Below, in pieces: positions 1-9,887 of a stretch of 64,000 nucleotides of DNA. The translations under genes were made by a program, and so were the position numbers. Under the pieces are notes generated by a model. The model saw only the letters and a program-made list of their open reading frames with translations, was not told the origin of the DNA and searched no databases. Position 1 is the first letter of the stretch. The number at the start of each line of letters is the position of its first letter. This DNA comes from Acidimicrobiaceae bacterium. GTDB taxonomy: Bacteria; Actinomycetota; Acidimicrobiia; Acidimicrobiales; Aldehydirespiratoraceae. Location: assembly GCA_009845995.1 (NCBI GenBank), contig VXYK01000013.1, positions 2,010 to 66,009 of the forward strand. The letters are read 5' to 3'.

Positions 1-888
1 GGAACCCCAATAGGCCGTGCCGGGGTTGGCACCGGCAACACCGAACTCCGAGAGCACCACCCGATCGCTGATCGTTCCCACCAGCGAAAGCGACCTGTCG
101 TACACGGTGATCGTGTGCTGATACATCATGTTCTGCGCGAAGAACAGATCGACCCCCGAAAACACCACAGACTTGGGAGTTATAGCTCCTCGTATCTCGC
201 CCACGTGCCGCAGAGTCAGACCATCTGAAGGCGGATCGCATCTCGGGCTGCTGGGATCCAACTCCACGCCCGGACTTCCTTTGTAGCGATACAAGAAGCT
301 GGCAAGTTGACCTCGGGTGATCGTGTCGCCTGGAGAGAACGTGGTGGCGCTGGTGCCCGTGGTGATCGATTCGGCGACCATCCAAGCGACCGGCTGTTGC
401 TGCCAAGGCGCGGTGACATCGGTGAACGGATGCATTTGCGCGGCGGGTCGGGCGGCTACCCGGTGCAGCATGGCCGCGAACTCGCCACGGGAAAGGGGCC
501 TGTCGGGATAGAACGCGGTTTGGGTCGCACCGACGACAGATCCCATACCGGCGAGCCAGGAGACCGCCCTCTGCTGGTAGGGGGCGACGACATCGTCGAA
601 TCCGTGCGCCGGAGCGTCGGGTTCTCCCTCCATGCGCCACAGGAATGTTGCGCCCTGACCCCGGGTCACAGGATCATCTGGAGAAAAACACGCCGCTGAA
701 GTTCCAGTGGTGATGCCGTTGTCGACCATCCACTGCACTGCATGCGCGAAGTATCGATCCTCATCGACGTCGCCAAATCCGGCGACGCCCTGCGCTGGCG
801 ACGGGGCGACAATCACTCCGCCGACCAATAACGCGGCGGTCAGACCAAGCAGAAAGCCCCGCACCACACCCGAACTTACAGTCCGCAC
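1..888 (-). CDS. Secreted protein with three SLH-like repeats (partial; C-terminus lies beyond the window edge)
   Basis: Not in the ORF track because it has a GTG start at 888 and no stop inside the window. My minus-strand translation starts VRTVSSGVVRGFLLGLTAALLVGGVIVAPSPAQG, which looks like a signal peptide. Three ~55-aa repeats follow, of the form F-x-DV..AV-W..GITTG..F-x-P..(V/I)TRGQ-x-A-x-FL-x-R. The frame stays open to position 1. Confidence 0.6.
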   Translation of the reverse strand, partial: MRTVSSGVVRGFLLGLTAALLVGGVIVAPSPAQGVAGFGDVDEDRYFAHAVQWMVDNGITTGTSAACFSPDDPVTRGQGATFLWRMEGEPDAPAHGFDDVVAPYQQRAVSWLAGMGSVVGATQTAFYPDRPLSRGEFAAMLHRVAARPAAQMHPFTDVTAPWQQQPVAWMVAESITTGTSATTFSPGDTITRGQLASFLYRYKGSPGVELDPSSPRCDPPSDGLTLRHVGEIRGAITPKSVVFSGVDLFFAQNMMYQHTITVYDRSLSLVGTISDRVVLSEFGVAGANPGTAYWGS

Positions 889-915
889 AAACCGGGGACA
901 AACGAAGGTCGTCGG

Positions 916-1866
916 CTAGGTTCGATCGATCAGGTGGGCCATCTCAACGACGAGCTGGGCCAACGGGGGCGCCGTGTAGTCGGGATCGTTGTCCCGGTAC
1001 ACCGCATGGACATTGACGGCGAGCCGCTCAGAATCGGTCCACTCGCCGAATTCGCCAAGTTCGATGTCCCGGGCCGCATCGGTGGCCGACATCCCGGCAG
1101 CCTGTCGCTCGGCCGCCTCTGTTTGGATGAAACGAAGGTAATCACTCACCATCTTGGGGCTTTCACGATCGGTGATTGGGCCATGGCCAGGAACGATCGT
1201 CTCAACATCAAGTGCGAGAATCCGTTCGCAGGCACGAATCCAGTTGTCGACAGGGCCGGCCCAGACGATCGGGGTCCCGTAGATGAACAGGATGTCGCCG
1301 CTGAAGACCGTCTTTGCATCGGGCACATAGGCGATGAGGTCACCGTTCGTGTGAGCGGGCCCGACCTCGATCAGATCGACCCTCGTCCCACCGACCGCAA
1401 GTTCGAGTTGATCGACGAATGTCCTGGTTGGTGGGGTTGCGACGATGCCCGAGAAATCGAACGCGCCAAAGGCTTCTCGCACGAACTGGTTGACGACCGG
1501 ATCACCGAGATCGGCCGTCGTGAGTTGCGCCAGCATTTCAGGCGAGTCCATTCCGAACTCTTCGAAACAGGCTTCGGTGGCGATTATCTCCGCGTCCACC
1601 AGTTGGTTGCCGAAGCAGTGGTCGCCGTTCGCGTGCGTGTTGACCAGCGTCTGGATCGGTCGAGTGCTGGTAATGCCGGCCATACCGTCGAGCATCTCTT
1701 GAGTCAGTCGAAGATCAAAAAGGGTGTCAACCAGAAGCGAGGCACCATCGCCTCCGACAAGCCCAGCGTTGTTCCAACCCCAGCTTCCGTCGGGTTGCAC
1801 CCAGGCCCAGACATCGTCGGCGACCTCGGCCAGTCCTCGTTCGTAGCCAACTGACATGTCGTACAC
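916..1866 (-). CDS. MBL-fold metallo-hydrolase
   Basis: 316-aa ORF with the HxHxDH zinc motif (NTHANGDHCFGN) and a downstream PGHGP histidine, typical of the metallo-beta-lactamase superfamily. Confidence 0.85.
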   Translation of the reverse strand: MYDMSVGYERGLAEVADDVWAWVQPDGSWGWNNAGLVGGDGASLLVDTLFDLRLTQEMLDGMAGITSTRPIQTLVNTHANGDHCFGNQLVDAEIIATEACFEEFGMDSPEMLAQLTTADLGDPVVNQFVREAFGAFDFSGIVATPPTRTFVDQLELAVGGTRVDLIEVGPAHTNGDLIAYVPDAKTVFSGDILFIYGTPIVWAGPVDNWIRACERILALDVETIVPGHGPITDRESPKMVSDYLRFIQTEAAERQAAGMSATDAARDIELGEFGEWTDSERLAVNVHAVYRDNDPDYTAPPLAQLVVEMAHLIDRT

Positions 1867-1880
1867 TCCCCCGCTTCAGG

Positions 1881-3347
1881 CTATTGGATCTGGCCGGCGA
1901 GACTAGCCGTCACACCGTAGCGATCCCGCGCGTTCGTGGCATCGGTAGCGGGGTCAACGCTCAAACCCGCACCAAGGTTCCACGCTTGCGCGACAACGCC
2001 GAGCGGGCTGGCAGTGCTGATCGCCGCGGCTTGGACCGCCGCGCCGACGGCCACGGTCTCGTCGTCGTGTGGCACAGTCACCGGGGCGTTGCGAAGGTCG
2101 GCCGCTCGCTGACGGTATGCGGCCGAACGCGACCCCCCACCGATCAACAGCAACCGACCCGACGTATCGACACCTGCTGCTGCCAGCGCGTCGAAACCAG
2201 AGAGCAGCCCGCACAGCACACCATCGTGCGCAGCCAAGGCCAGGTCTTCGGGGCTTGTGTCGTTGCGAAGGCCCGCGAACAGACCGCTCGCTGCAGGCAG
2301 GTTGGGGGTGCGTTCGCCATCGAAATACGGAATCAGCACGGGCGGCACCGCGGTCGGCGGCGCGGCCAGGGCGAGAGCGGACAGACCGGCAGCGTCTACC
2401 CCGAGCCAACGAGCGACCGTGTCTGTCACTTTGGTGGCGTTGAGCGTGCACACCAACGGCAGGAATTTGCCCGAGGCGTCGGCGAAGCCTGCCACCGCAC
2501 CCGACTCATCGGTCGTTGCGGTCAGCGACACCGAATACACGGTGCCGGAAGTACCAAGCGAAATCACCACATCGCCGGGCGACAAGGCGAGGCCGAGGGC
2601 AGCACCCATGTTGTCTCCGCTGCCGGGACCGACGACTACGCCCGAACCGAGCCCCAGCAGTGATGCCGCTTCGTCGCTCACTTCGCCTGCCGCCGCATCC
2701 GCCGCAAGCACTTCGGGAAGCCACGACTGCGCTGCGGCTCCGTCCGCGATCCCTGCCCGTTCGAGCATGTCCTCTCGGTAGACGTTGGCGCGAGGATCAA
2801 ACCAACCAGTGCCGGACGCGTCACCGCGATCCGTCACGTGACGACCGGTCAAGCGCCAAGTCAAGTAGTCGTGAGGGAGCATGATCTGAGCAATTCGGTC
2901 GGCAAGTTCAGGTTCGTGCTCGACCACCCAGGCCAACTTCGTAACGGTGAACGACGGCACCGGCACCGACCCGCATGCCTCGACCCAACTTGCTGCCCCA
3001 TATTCGGAGACCAGCCGCTCGGTTTGTGATGCCGATGTCGTGTCGTTCCAGAGCTTCGCCGGTCGTAGCGGCATTCCTGAGTCGTCAAGCAGCACCAGAC
3101 CGTGCTGCTGTCCCGCAACGCTGATCGCAACGACGTCTCGGCTAGAGCTCGACAACTGGGCGAAACACTCCACCAGCGCCACCCACCAAGACTCTGGGTG
3201 TTGTTCGCTCACCGGTGGCGAGGTGGGTGGGTGTGGAGCAGTCGCACGAGCCACCAGCACTCCCGAGTCGATGTCGCGGAGTTCTACCTTCGTGGACTGC
3301 GTCGAGGAATCAACCCCGGCTACCAATGCCCGCGAGGTTCGCGGCAC
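1881..3347 (-). CDS. xylB: Xylulokinase (FGGY carbohydrate kinase)
   Basis: N-terminus reads LVAGVDSSTQSTKV, as in actinobacterial xylulokinases, and the length is FGGY-like. It sits immediately downstream of xylA. I prefer the GTG at 3347, which overlaps the xylA TAG by 1 nt; the ORF track instead starts at a TTG at 3362. Confidence 0.85.
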   Translation of the reverse strand: MPRTSRALVAGVDSSTQSTKVELRDIDSGVLVARATAPHPPTSPPVSEQHPESWWVALVECFAQLSSSSRDVVAISVAGQQHGLVLLDDSGMPLRPAKLWNDTTSASQTERLVSEYGAASWVEACGSVPVPSFTVTKLAWVVEHEPELADRIAQIMLPHDYLTWRLTGRHVTDRGDASGTGWFDPRANVYREDMLERAGIADGAAAQSWLPEVLAADAAAGEVSDEAASLLGLGSGVVVGPGSGDNMGAALGLALSPGDVVISLGTSGTVYSVSLTATTDESGAVAGFADASGKFLPLVCTLNATKVTDTVARWLGVDAAGLSALALAAPPTAVPPVLIPYFDGERTPNLPAASGLFAGLRNDTSPEDLALAAHDGVLCGLLSGFDALAAAGVDTSGRLLLIGGGSRSAAYRQRAADLRNAPVTVPHDDETVAVGAAVQAAAISTASPLGVVAQAWNLGAGLSVDPATDATNARDRYGVTASLAGQIQ

Positions 3348-4678
3348 TACGAAACACTCCAAACATGCCGGTTGACCACATTTTCGAGATGCTCTTGACG
3401 GCCCGATCTGGGTGCGGGGTCAATGTTGTTTTTGGCAGCGCGATCAGCCAGGGTCGCCAAGTCAAGCGAACCTTCGAGAATGTCGCGCCCGAGATCTCGA
3501 CCCCAACCTGCATAGCGGGCATCGCGAGCGGCTTCGATGCCGCCTTCGTTGATCATCGATTCCGCTACCAGCAAAGATCGGGCCAACGTGTCGATACCGC
3601 CGACATGACCATGGAACAGGTCAGTGCGGTCCATGCTCTGGCGGCGCAACTTGGTGTCGAACAGAAACCCGCCTGTGTCGAATCCGCCGCCGAGCACGAT
3701 TTCATACAACGCCAGCGACATTTCGTCGACCGAGTTGGGGAACTGGTCGGTGTCCCAGCCGTTTTGGGGATCGCCGCGGTTGGCGTCGATGCTGCCGAAA
3801 ATGTTGTTCGCCATCGCGTATGCCACTTCGTGATGAAATGAGTGGCCGCCGAGGGTGGCGTGGTTCACCTCGATATTGACCTTGTACTCCCCCAGGAGAT
3901 CGTAACGATCAAGAAAACCATGGACGGACGAACAGTCGTAGTCATATTGATGCTTGGTCGGTTCCTGGGGTTTCGGTTCGATCAGAAGCGTCCCCGTGAA
4001 GCCGATTTCGTGCTTGTACTCAGCAACCATGGTCAAAAACCGGGCGAGCTGGTCTGCTTCTTGGGCCATGCGGGTGTTGAGCAGCGTCTCGTAGCCCTCA
4101 CGACCTCCCCACAACACATAGTTGTGACCACCCAGACGATGGGTTGCGTCAACCATGTTGCGAACTTGAGCCGCAGCATGCGCGAACACCTCGGGATCGG
4201 GGTTCGTGGCCGCGCCTGCTGCATAGCGAGGGTGCGAGAACAGGTTGGCGGTGCCCCACAGCAGTTCGACGCCGGTTTCAGCCATCTTCTCCGCAGCGCG
4301 CTCGACCATTGCGTCGAGGTTGGCCCTCGACTGCTTCAGCGTCTCCCCCTCCGGTGACATGTCGACGTCGTGAAACGAGAAGTATGGCGTGCCGAGCTTG
4401 GCGAAGAACTCGAAGGCCGCGTCCTGTTTGGCGCGGGCCGCCGCCATCGGGTCGACCCCGGCCTCGAGCCAGGGACGGTCGAACGTTCCGATCCCGAAAA
4501 TGTCCGAACCCGGCCAGTTGAAACTGTGCCAATAGCACACGCCTATGCGCAGGTGCTCCTCCATGCGTTTCCCGAGAACCAGGCGATTCGGGTCGTACAC
4601 CTGGTAGGCCAGACCCCCCTCGGGAGCGCCGGCACCAGCGAACGGGATCGGATCGGCAACGTCAGTAAAAAAGGTCAT
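3347..4678 (-). CDS. xylA: Xylose isomerase, class II (long form, 443 aa)
   Basis: [43 protein letters not shown] closely resembles the E. coli-type XylA N-terminal region. The ~440-aa length is characteristic of class II. Confidence 0.95.
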   Translation of the reverse strand: MTFFTDVADPIPFAGAGAPEGGLAYQVYDPNRLVLGKRMEEHLRIGVCYWHSFNWPGSDIFGIGTFDRPWLEAGVDPMAAARAKQDAAFEFFAKLGTPYFSFHDVDMSPEGETLKQSRANLDAMVERAAEKMAETGVELLWGTANLFSHPRYAAGAATNPDPEVFAHAAAQVRNMVDATHRLGGHNYVLWGGREGYETLLNTRMAQEADQLARFLTMVAEYKHEIGFTGTLLIEPKPQEPTKHQYDYDCSSVHGFLDRYDLLGEYKVNIEVNHATLGGHSFHHEVAYAMANNIFGSIDANRGDPQNGWDTDQFPNSVDEMSLALYEIVLGGGFDTGGFLFDTKLRRQSMDRTDLFHGHVGGIDTLARSLLVAESMINEGGIEAARDARYAGWGRDLGRDILEGSLDLATLADRAAKNNIDPAPRSGRQEHLENVVNRHVWSVS

Positions 4679-4690
4679 CGTGATCTCTCA

Positions 4691-4745
4691 TCGGTCTGTT
4701 CGGTATTCGGTCTATTCGGTCTTCGGTCTTCGGTCTACTAGGTCT
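4691..4745. repeat. Seven degenerate tandem copies of TCGGTCT (spacing 9,7,9,7,7,9) between the xylA start and the stop of the upstream oxidoreductase
   Basis: Read directly from the sequence: tcggtct g t tcggtat tcggtct at tcggtct tcggtct tcggtct ac taggtct. On the coding (minus) strand the unit is AGACCGA. Confidence 0.8.
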
Positions 4746-5847
4746 AGTCTCCGGGCGGGGCAGCCGGAAGCAGGCGGCCATCAAGTGCTGCACTGGCCAG
4801 CGCGACATCGGTCAGATGCTGAACACGGGCACCTGCTGCGAGATCGGGAGTGCATGCCCGACCGGCGGTGATGTCATCAACCCAACGACGAGCCATCACA
4901 TCGGTCGTTCGGAAGATGTCGCGATAGGTGTTGTGCACCGTGTCGAATCTCACGTTCGGCCATTGCTCGGCCAACTCGATCGCTCGAGCCGGGCCCGTGT
5001 CGCCTCGGGCCAGCACCCGAACCTCCTGGGTGGTGTCCCAGTCGCTGGTTGCGTAAATTGTGCCGTCGCTGCCGTGTGCATCGATGTGATGAGTCTGTTC
5101 GAATGGCGTTCCTTCCCAGCTAGCGGCGCAGGTTTGCAGGGTTCCGAGCGCTCCGTTGGCGAAACGCACGCTGATAATGCAGGAGTCCTCACCGCGCACG
5201 TAGTCCGAGCCGTCGGGCCGGGCGTCTCGCTCAACGAACGCCGCGCTCATACAACCCAGTTCAGCGATCGGACCGAACAACCACTCGGCGTAATAGAGCC
5301 AGTGAGAACCAAGATCGCCGATGACTCCCGAGCCGGCGATTTCTTTGTCGAAACGCCAGGTGTACGAAGGGTCGAAAGCGAACTCGGTGAAGTACCTCAG
5401 GTTGAGATGGTGCGGTGTACCCAGGAAACCTCCGTCGATCAAGCGTTTGGTCGCTGCAAAGATGGGCATGTACTGGTAGGTGAACGGGACCATCGTGGTG
5501 AGGTCGGTTCCGGCTGCTTCAGTTGCCATCAAGTCGGCCTCCGCAGCGCTCAACGCCAACGGTTTCTCGCACAGCACATGAACTCCCTCAGCTAACGCTT
5601 GTCGGGTGATCGGCGCGTGGGTTTCGTTGCTGCTGGCGACGATCACGGCATCGATTTCTCCGCTTGTCAGCAGCTCGCGCCAATCGGTGAAAACCAGGCC
5701 GATCCCCCACTGCTGCGCCCGGGCATGCGCAACCTCGGCGTTGCGACCGCAGATCGCCGCGATCCGACAACCCGAATGGCTCGCCAACGCAGGCAGGTAC
5801 ATCGAGTCGGTCCACCAGGACGTACCCACGATTCCGACCCGGATCAC
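4744..5847 (-). CDS. Gfo/Idh/MocA family oxidoreductase
   Basis: N-terminal Rossmann signature IRVGIVGTSWW, then an EKP motif (VLCEKPLA) typical of the family. GTG start at 5847. Confidence 0.85.
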   Translation of the reverse strand: MIRVGIVGTSWWTDSMYLPALASHSGCRIAAICGRNAEVAHARAQQWGIGLVFTDWRELLTSGEIDAVIVASSNETHAPITRQALAEGVHVLCEKPLALSAAEADLMATEAAGTDLTTMVPFTYQYMPIFAATKRLIDGGFLGTPHHLNLRYFTEFAFDPSYTWRFDKEIAGSGVIGDLGSHWLYYAEWLFGPIAELGCMSAAFVERDARPDGSDYVRGEDSCIISVRFANGALGTLQTCAASWEGTPFEQTHHIDAHGSDGTIYATSDWDTTQEVRVLARGDTGPARAIELAEQWPNVRFDTVHNTYRDIFRTTDVMARRWVDDITAGRACTPDLAAGARVQHLTDVALASAALDGRLLPAAPPGD

Positions 5848-5859
5848 CGGCCACCATGC

Positions 5860-6733
5860 TCAATAGGGCGAGACATCGCGACCGATCTGGACTGCAGCCT
5901 CAGCCTCGTCGAACAACTTGGGGTACGGGTAGTCCATGGCCATGAGCTGACGCAGCATGGGCGTGGCACGTTCAACAACCTCATCCCGCACCCCGGACAG
6001 CTGGTCTTCCAGGGGGGTGACGAACTTGGGCAGATATTCGATCAGGATTCCCGTTCGATCCTGGTCGGAGACGTTTGGCATCGCACAGTGCCAACACATG
6101 CCGTTGAAGATGACGCAGTCGCCAGGGTCGCCTTCCATTCGCGCGGCATCGGCGAAGAAACGCTCGCGATCGTCGGTTTCCGGGTAGATCAACTCACCCT
6201 GGGAGTACGGCAGGAAAGCAGTCGCACCTGTCTCCGGGGTAAAGGGATCGAGCAGCACTGTTGCCTGGCAGTTGAGCGGATAGCTCGAGTTGATCTTCAT
6301 CGGAAACGACGAGCGTTTGTAGAGGTCCCAATAGGGGTAGTCGATGTGGGGTTCTTGACCCGGACCTCCCGGCATCAGACGGTTGGCAGCGACTGAACCC
6401 ATGATGAACTCGTCGCCGAGGAAGGCACCCACGATCTTCATCACCAGCGGGTGTTGAACCATCCGTTCAAACACTTCGCCCTTGTTCAACAGGTTCCAGA
6501 CTCGGCGTTGGAGGTTGACCTGATCGGTACTGGCCCCCAAGAAGTGGGTCTCCTTGTCGTCCTCTTCGGCTGTGTAGTGATGGATCAAATCGCGGGCCTC
6601 TGAGATCACCTCGGATGGGAACGCCTGTTTGATGATGATCGCGCCTGAACCGCTGAGCATTTCTTCCAACAGATCGGGGAGCTGTTCTTCGATGCCGTCG
6701 GGATCAACGACCGCTATCGGACTCGTTGACACT
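5860..6733 (-). CDS. Phytanoyl-CoA dioxygenase (PhyH)-like Fe(II)/2-oxoglutarate oxygenase
   Basis: HxD iron motif in QEPHIDYPYWD and family-like overall composition. I place the start at GTG 6733, preceded by AAGGAGA directly after the lacI-type stop. The track ORF extends to 6783 and would overlap the regulator. Confidence 0.7.
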
Positions 6734-6742
6734 GTTCTCCTT

Positions 6743-7771
6743 TCATCGGATCTCCTCGAGCGTCCGACTCGACGCGGGACCACTGGTGCTGCGACACACG
6801 AGCGACGGAACCAGAAGATGGTGAACAGCTTCTTCGCGCTCCTCGTCGAGACGCTCGATCAGGTATCGCGCAGCGAGTTGGCCGAGCAGTTCGCAGGGTT
6901 GATCGACTGTTGTCAAGCTCATCTGGTGCAACGCCGCCATAGCGGTGTTGTCAAACCCCACGAGCGACACATCGTCGGGAACTTTCAGACCTTCGAACTG
7001 GAGCCGATCCAATACCCCTGTCGCCATCAGGTCGTTGGCCGCGAAAATCGCTGTGGGCATCTCGCCGTGGCTCAGGAGTTCATCCACACCAACAGTTCCG
7101 GCGTGTTCGCTGTACTCACCCGCGACGATACGAACGTGCTTGGACAGTCCCCGATGTTCCATTGCGGCTTTGTAACCCTCGCGGCGCCTGCGCGCTCCCG
7201 CACCTGGACCACCGTCAATATGAGCAATGCGACAGTGTCCGAGATCGACTAGGTGGTCCACCACCATTCGGGCTCCCAACCGGTCGTCGATGCTCACTGT
7301 GTCGTAGCTGTCGGAATCGGTGACTCGAGCCGCGACAACCAGGTTGGTCTCTTTTGCAAGCGCCTCGAGTTCAGCTTCGGGCAACTCGCTGCCCACCAGA
7401 ATGACTCCATCGGTTCGGAATTCGAGAAAGGTGTCAACAGCAGCTTGTTCGCTGGCCAAGTTTCTTAATCCCGTGTTGATCACGATTCGATAGCCGGCTT
7501 CGATCGCCGCTTCGTGGATTCCGTCGGTCATCTCGGCAAAAAAGGGATTGTGCAGGTCGTTGAGCACTAACCCGATCGTCATTGTGCGTCGACTGGCCAG
7601 GTGGTGGGCCATCAGATTCCGTCGGTAGCCGAGCTCTTCTGCGGCTTCAAGAACCGCCGCGCGAGATTGCTCGCTCACCCTCGGTGAATTGCGCATCACC
7701 AACGAAACCAGGGCCCGCGAAACGCCGGCGCGGCTTGCGACATCTTCCATGGTCGGCTGAACCAAGGCCAC
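6743..7771 (-). CDS. LacI family transcriptional regulator
   Basis: N-terminal HTH PTMEDVASRAGVSRALVSLVMRN, followed by a periplasmic-binding-protein-like sugar-binding core. Divergent from the inositol operon. Confidence 0.9.
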   Translation of the reverse strand: MALVQPTMEDVASRAGVSRALVSLVMRNSPRVSEQSRAAVLEAAEELGYRRNLMAHHLASRRTMTIGLVLNDLHNPFFAEMTDGIHEAAIEAGYRIVINTGLRNLASEQAAVDTFLEFRTDGVILVGSELPEAELEALAKETNLVVAARVTDSDSYDTVSIDDRLGARMVVDHLVDLGHCRIAHIDGGPGAGARRRREGYKAAMEHRGLSKHVRIVAGEYSEHAGTVGVDELLSHGEMPTAIFAANDLMATGVLDRLQFEGLKVPDDVSLVGFDNTAMAALHQMSLTTVDQPCELLGQLAARYLIERLDEEREEAVHHLLVPSLVCRSTSGPASSRTLEEIR

Positions 7772-7786
7772 GAACTCCTGTCACGC

Positions 7787-7846
7787 TTGACATCGACTAC
7801 AGAAAGAGTAATAGTTGGAGCGCTCTACAATCAATAGAGCGCTCTA
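7787..7846 (+). promoter_or_regulatory. Putative promoter (TTGACA 7787-7792, AATAGT 7810-7815) followed by two palindromic LacI-type operators (TTGGAGCGCTCTACAA 7815-7830; TAGAGCGCTCTA 7835-7846)
   Basis: The hexamers and palindromes were read directly. TAGAGCGCTCTA is a perfect 12-bp palindrome. The first site shares the AGAGCGCTCT core. Confidence 0.55.
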
Positions 7847-7886
7847 ACAAACTCCTGGAGGAGACGCGAGTGAGGCAACAGCGTTC

Positions 7887-8783
7887 ATGACGACTGTTTT
7901 GGAACGCACCGCTGCCGCGCCCATATCTTGGGGAGTGTGTGAAGTTCCCGGTTGGGGAATCCAACTTCCCGTTGAACGCGTGCTACGCGAAATGTCTGAA
8001 GTGGGGTTGCGCGCTACCGAATTGGGGTCGGTCGGCTATCTACCGACGAACCCTGCCGAACTCACACGAACGCTGCGCTCATTCGGGCTCGACCTCACCG
8101 GCGGCTTCAACTCGTTGGCACTCGCCGACGCAGCCCGGCGAGACGAGACCCTGCGACAAGTGCACCAGAGTGCGCAACTGCTCGCCGAAGCCGGCGCAAC
8201 CGACTACGTGACCTGTGTGGTCAGCGATCCCCAAGACTGGACCCGACCGGAACTCACAGATGCCCACTGGTCACAGATCTTCTCCATGCTCAACGAAGTA
8301 GGAGGCACAGTTGCCGGTTACGGACTCACCCAGATGCTGCACCCCCATGTGGATTCTCTGATCGAAACCGCCGCAGAAGTTCAACGGGTTCTCGACAATT
8401 CCGAAGTCCGCTGGGTTCTCGACACAGGACACCTCCTCATAGGCGGCTACGACCCCGTCGAGTTTGCCGAAAAATACGCCGAACGAGTATCGCTCGTTCA
8501 CCTCAAAGACCTCAGATTAGACATCGCGGCCCAGCTGAACGCCGGGTCCTTGACCCTGATGCAAGCGGTCCAGGCTGGGCTGTTTGTTCCGCTCGGACAA
8601 GGCGACGCTTCCATCGCCACCGTCGTGCAAGCGATGGAAGCACAGGGCTACGAGCGCTGGTACGTGATCGAACAAGACGTTGCCATCACCACCGGGGAAC
8701 CCCCCGAGGGTGAAGGCCCAATTCGTGACGTTCAAAGGAGCGTCGCGTTCATCCGGAGCTTGGAAACCGAGTCCGGCTCATAA
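7887..8783 (+). CDS. Sugar phosphate isomerase/epimerase TIM-barrel protein (IolE/MocC-like; candidate inosose dehydratase)
   Basis: 298 aa, matching IolE in size. N-terminus APISWGVCEVPGWG, and xylose-isomerase-like TIM barrel composition. First gene of the iol operon. Confidence 0.7.
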   Translation: MTTVLERTAAAPISWGVCEVPGWGIQLPVERVLREMSEVGLRATELGSVGYLPTNPAELTRTLRSFGLDLTGGFNSLALADAARRDETLRQVHQSAQLLAEAGATDYVTCVVSDPQDWTRPELTDAHWSQIFSMLNEVGGTVAGYGLTQMLHPHVDSLIETAAEVQRVLDNSEVRWVLDTGHLLIGGYDPVEFAEKYAERVSLVHLKDLRLDIAAQLNAGSLTLMQAVQAGLFVPLGQGDASIATVVQAMEAQGYERWYVIEQDVAITTGEPPEGEGPIRDVQRSVAFIRSLETESGS

Positions 8784-8846
8784 CGTATGAGACGAGCGGT
8801 TCCGGGAACGGACACTTGCAACCCCAAACAGGAGGGAATCCACAAA

Positions 8847-9836
8847 ATGAAGAAACTACGGTTTCTGTTAGCACTACTCGCGATCTTCTCGCTCTTCGCC
8901 GTTTCTTGCGGTGACGACGACAGCGCAGACGAACCGGCTCCAGCCGCAGGCACACCCGACAGCGGGCTGGTCTTTCACATGATCACGCACTCTGACGACG
9001 GGCCGTTCTGGTCAGTCGTCAAGCGCGGCGCTGAAGCCGCCGCCGCCCATGTCGGCGTGACGCTCGTCTGGAACCCGTCCAACAACGACCCTGGCGTTCA
9101 AGCCAGTGACATTGCCGCCGCTGTCGCCGCGAACTCCGACGGAATTGCGGCATCGCTGCCAAGTCCCGACCAGTTGATTCCGCCGCTGCAGGAGGCAGTC
9201 GCCGCTGGTATACCCGTCTACACCCTCAACTCGGGTGTGAACGACTACCAGGCAATCGGTGCCACCAGCCACGTCGGTCAGACCGAGGTGATCGCCGGTA
9301 ACGGCGCGGGCCTGCGCTTCAACGACCTCGGTGCCACCAAGGTGCTCTGCGGTATCCAGGAGCAGGACAACGTTGCTCTCGGCGAGCGCTGCGATGGTCT
9401 CGCTGAGACCTTCAACGGCGAAGTCGTCCAGGGCTTCATGGACCTCGACGCCAACCAGGTAGCCCAGGAGGGCGCCATCAACGCGGCCCTCGCGGCTGAC
9501 TCCGACATCGACGGCTTCCTCGGTGTTGGTCCGGTCATCGCCATGTCCGGGCTCAGCGCAGCCAAGGCACTCGGCAAGGATGTAGGCAGTTCGTTCCACG
9601 TGGGCGGTTTCGACATCACGCCGGACATCATCGATGCGATTGAAGCCGGCGAGGTTGCGTTCACCGTGGACCAGCAGCAGTACCTGCAGGGATACATCCC
9701 AGTCGTGCTGATGTTCCTCGAAGCAACCAACCAGAACACCCTCGGTGGCGGTCTCCCGATCCTCACCGGACCCGGCTTCGTGACCCCCGACAATGCCGCC
9801 GCCGTCAAGGCACTGGTAGCTGCCGGAACTCGATAG
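8847..9836 (+). CDS. Sugar ABC transporter substrate-binding lipoprotein (RbsB/MocB-like, PBP type 1)
   Basis: Start ATG 8847 has GGAGGG 11 nt upstream. Lipoprotein signal MKKLRFLLALLAIFSLFAVSCG (lipobox LFAVSC). Periplasmic binding protein fold. Confidence 0.85.
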   Translation: MKKLRFLLALLAIFSLFAVSCGDDDSADEPAPAAGTPDSGLVFHMITHSDDGPFWSVVKRGAEAAAAHVGVTLVWNPSNNDPGVQASDIAAAVAANSDGIAASLPSPDQLIPPLQEAVAAGIPVYTLNSGVNDYQAIGATSHVGQTEVIAGNGAGLRFNDLGATKVLCGIQEQDNVALGERCDGLAETFNGEVVQGFMDLDANQVAQEGAINAALAADSDIDGFLGVGPVIAMSGLSAAKALGKDVGSSFHVGGFDITPDIIDAIEAGEVAFTVDQQQYLQGYIPVVLMFLEATNQNTLGGGLPILTGPGFVTPDNAAAVKALVAAGTR

Positions 9837-9887
9837 TCAAAAAGAGCTGACCGAGTTCGCTCGATCAGCTAGCAATTACAGCTAATC

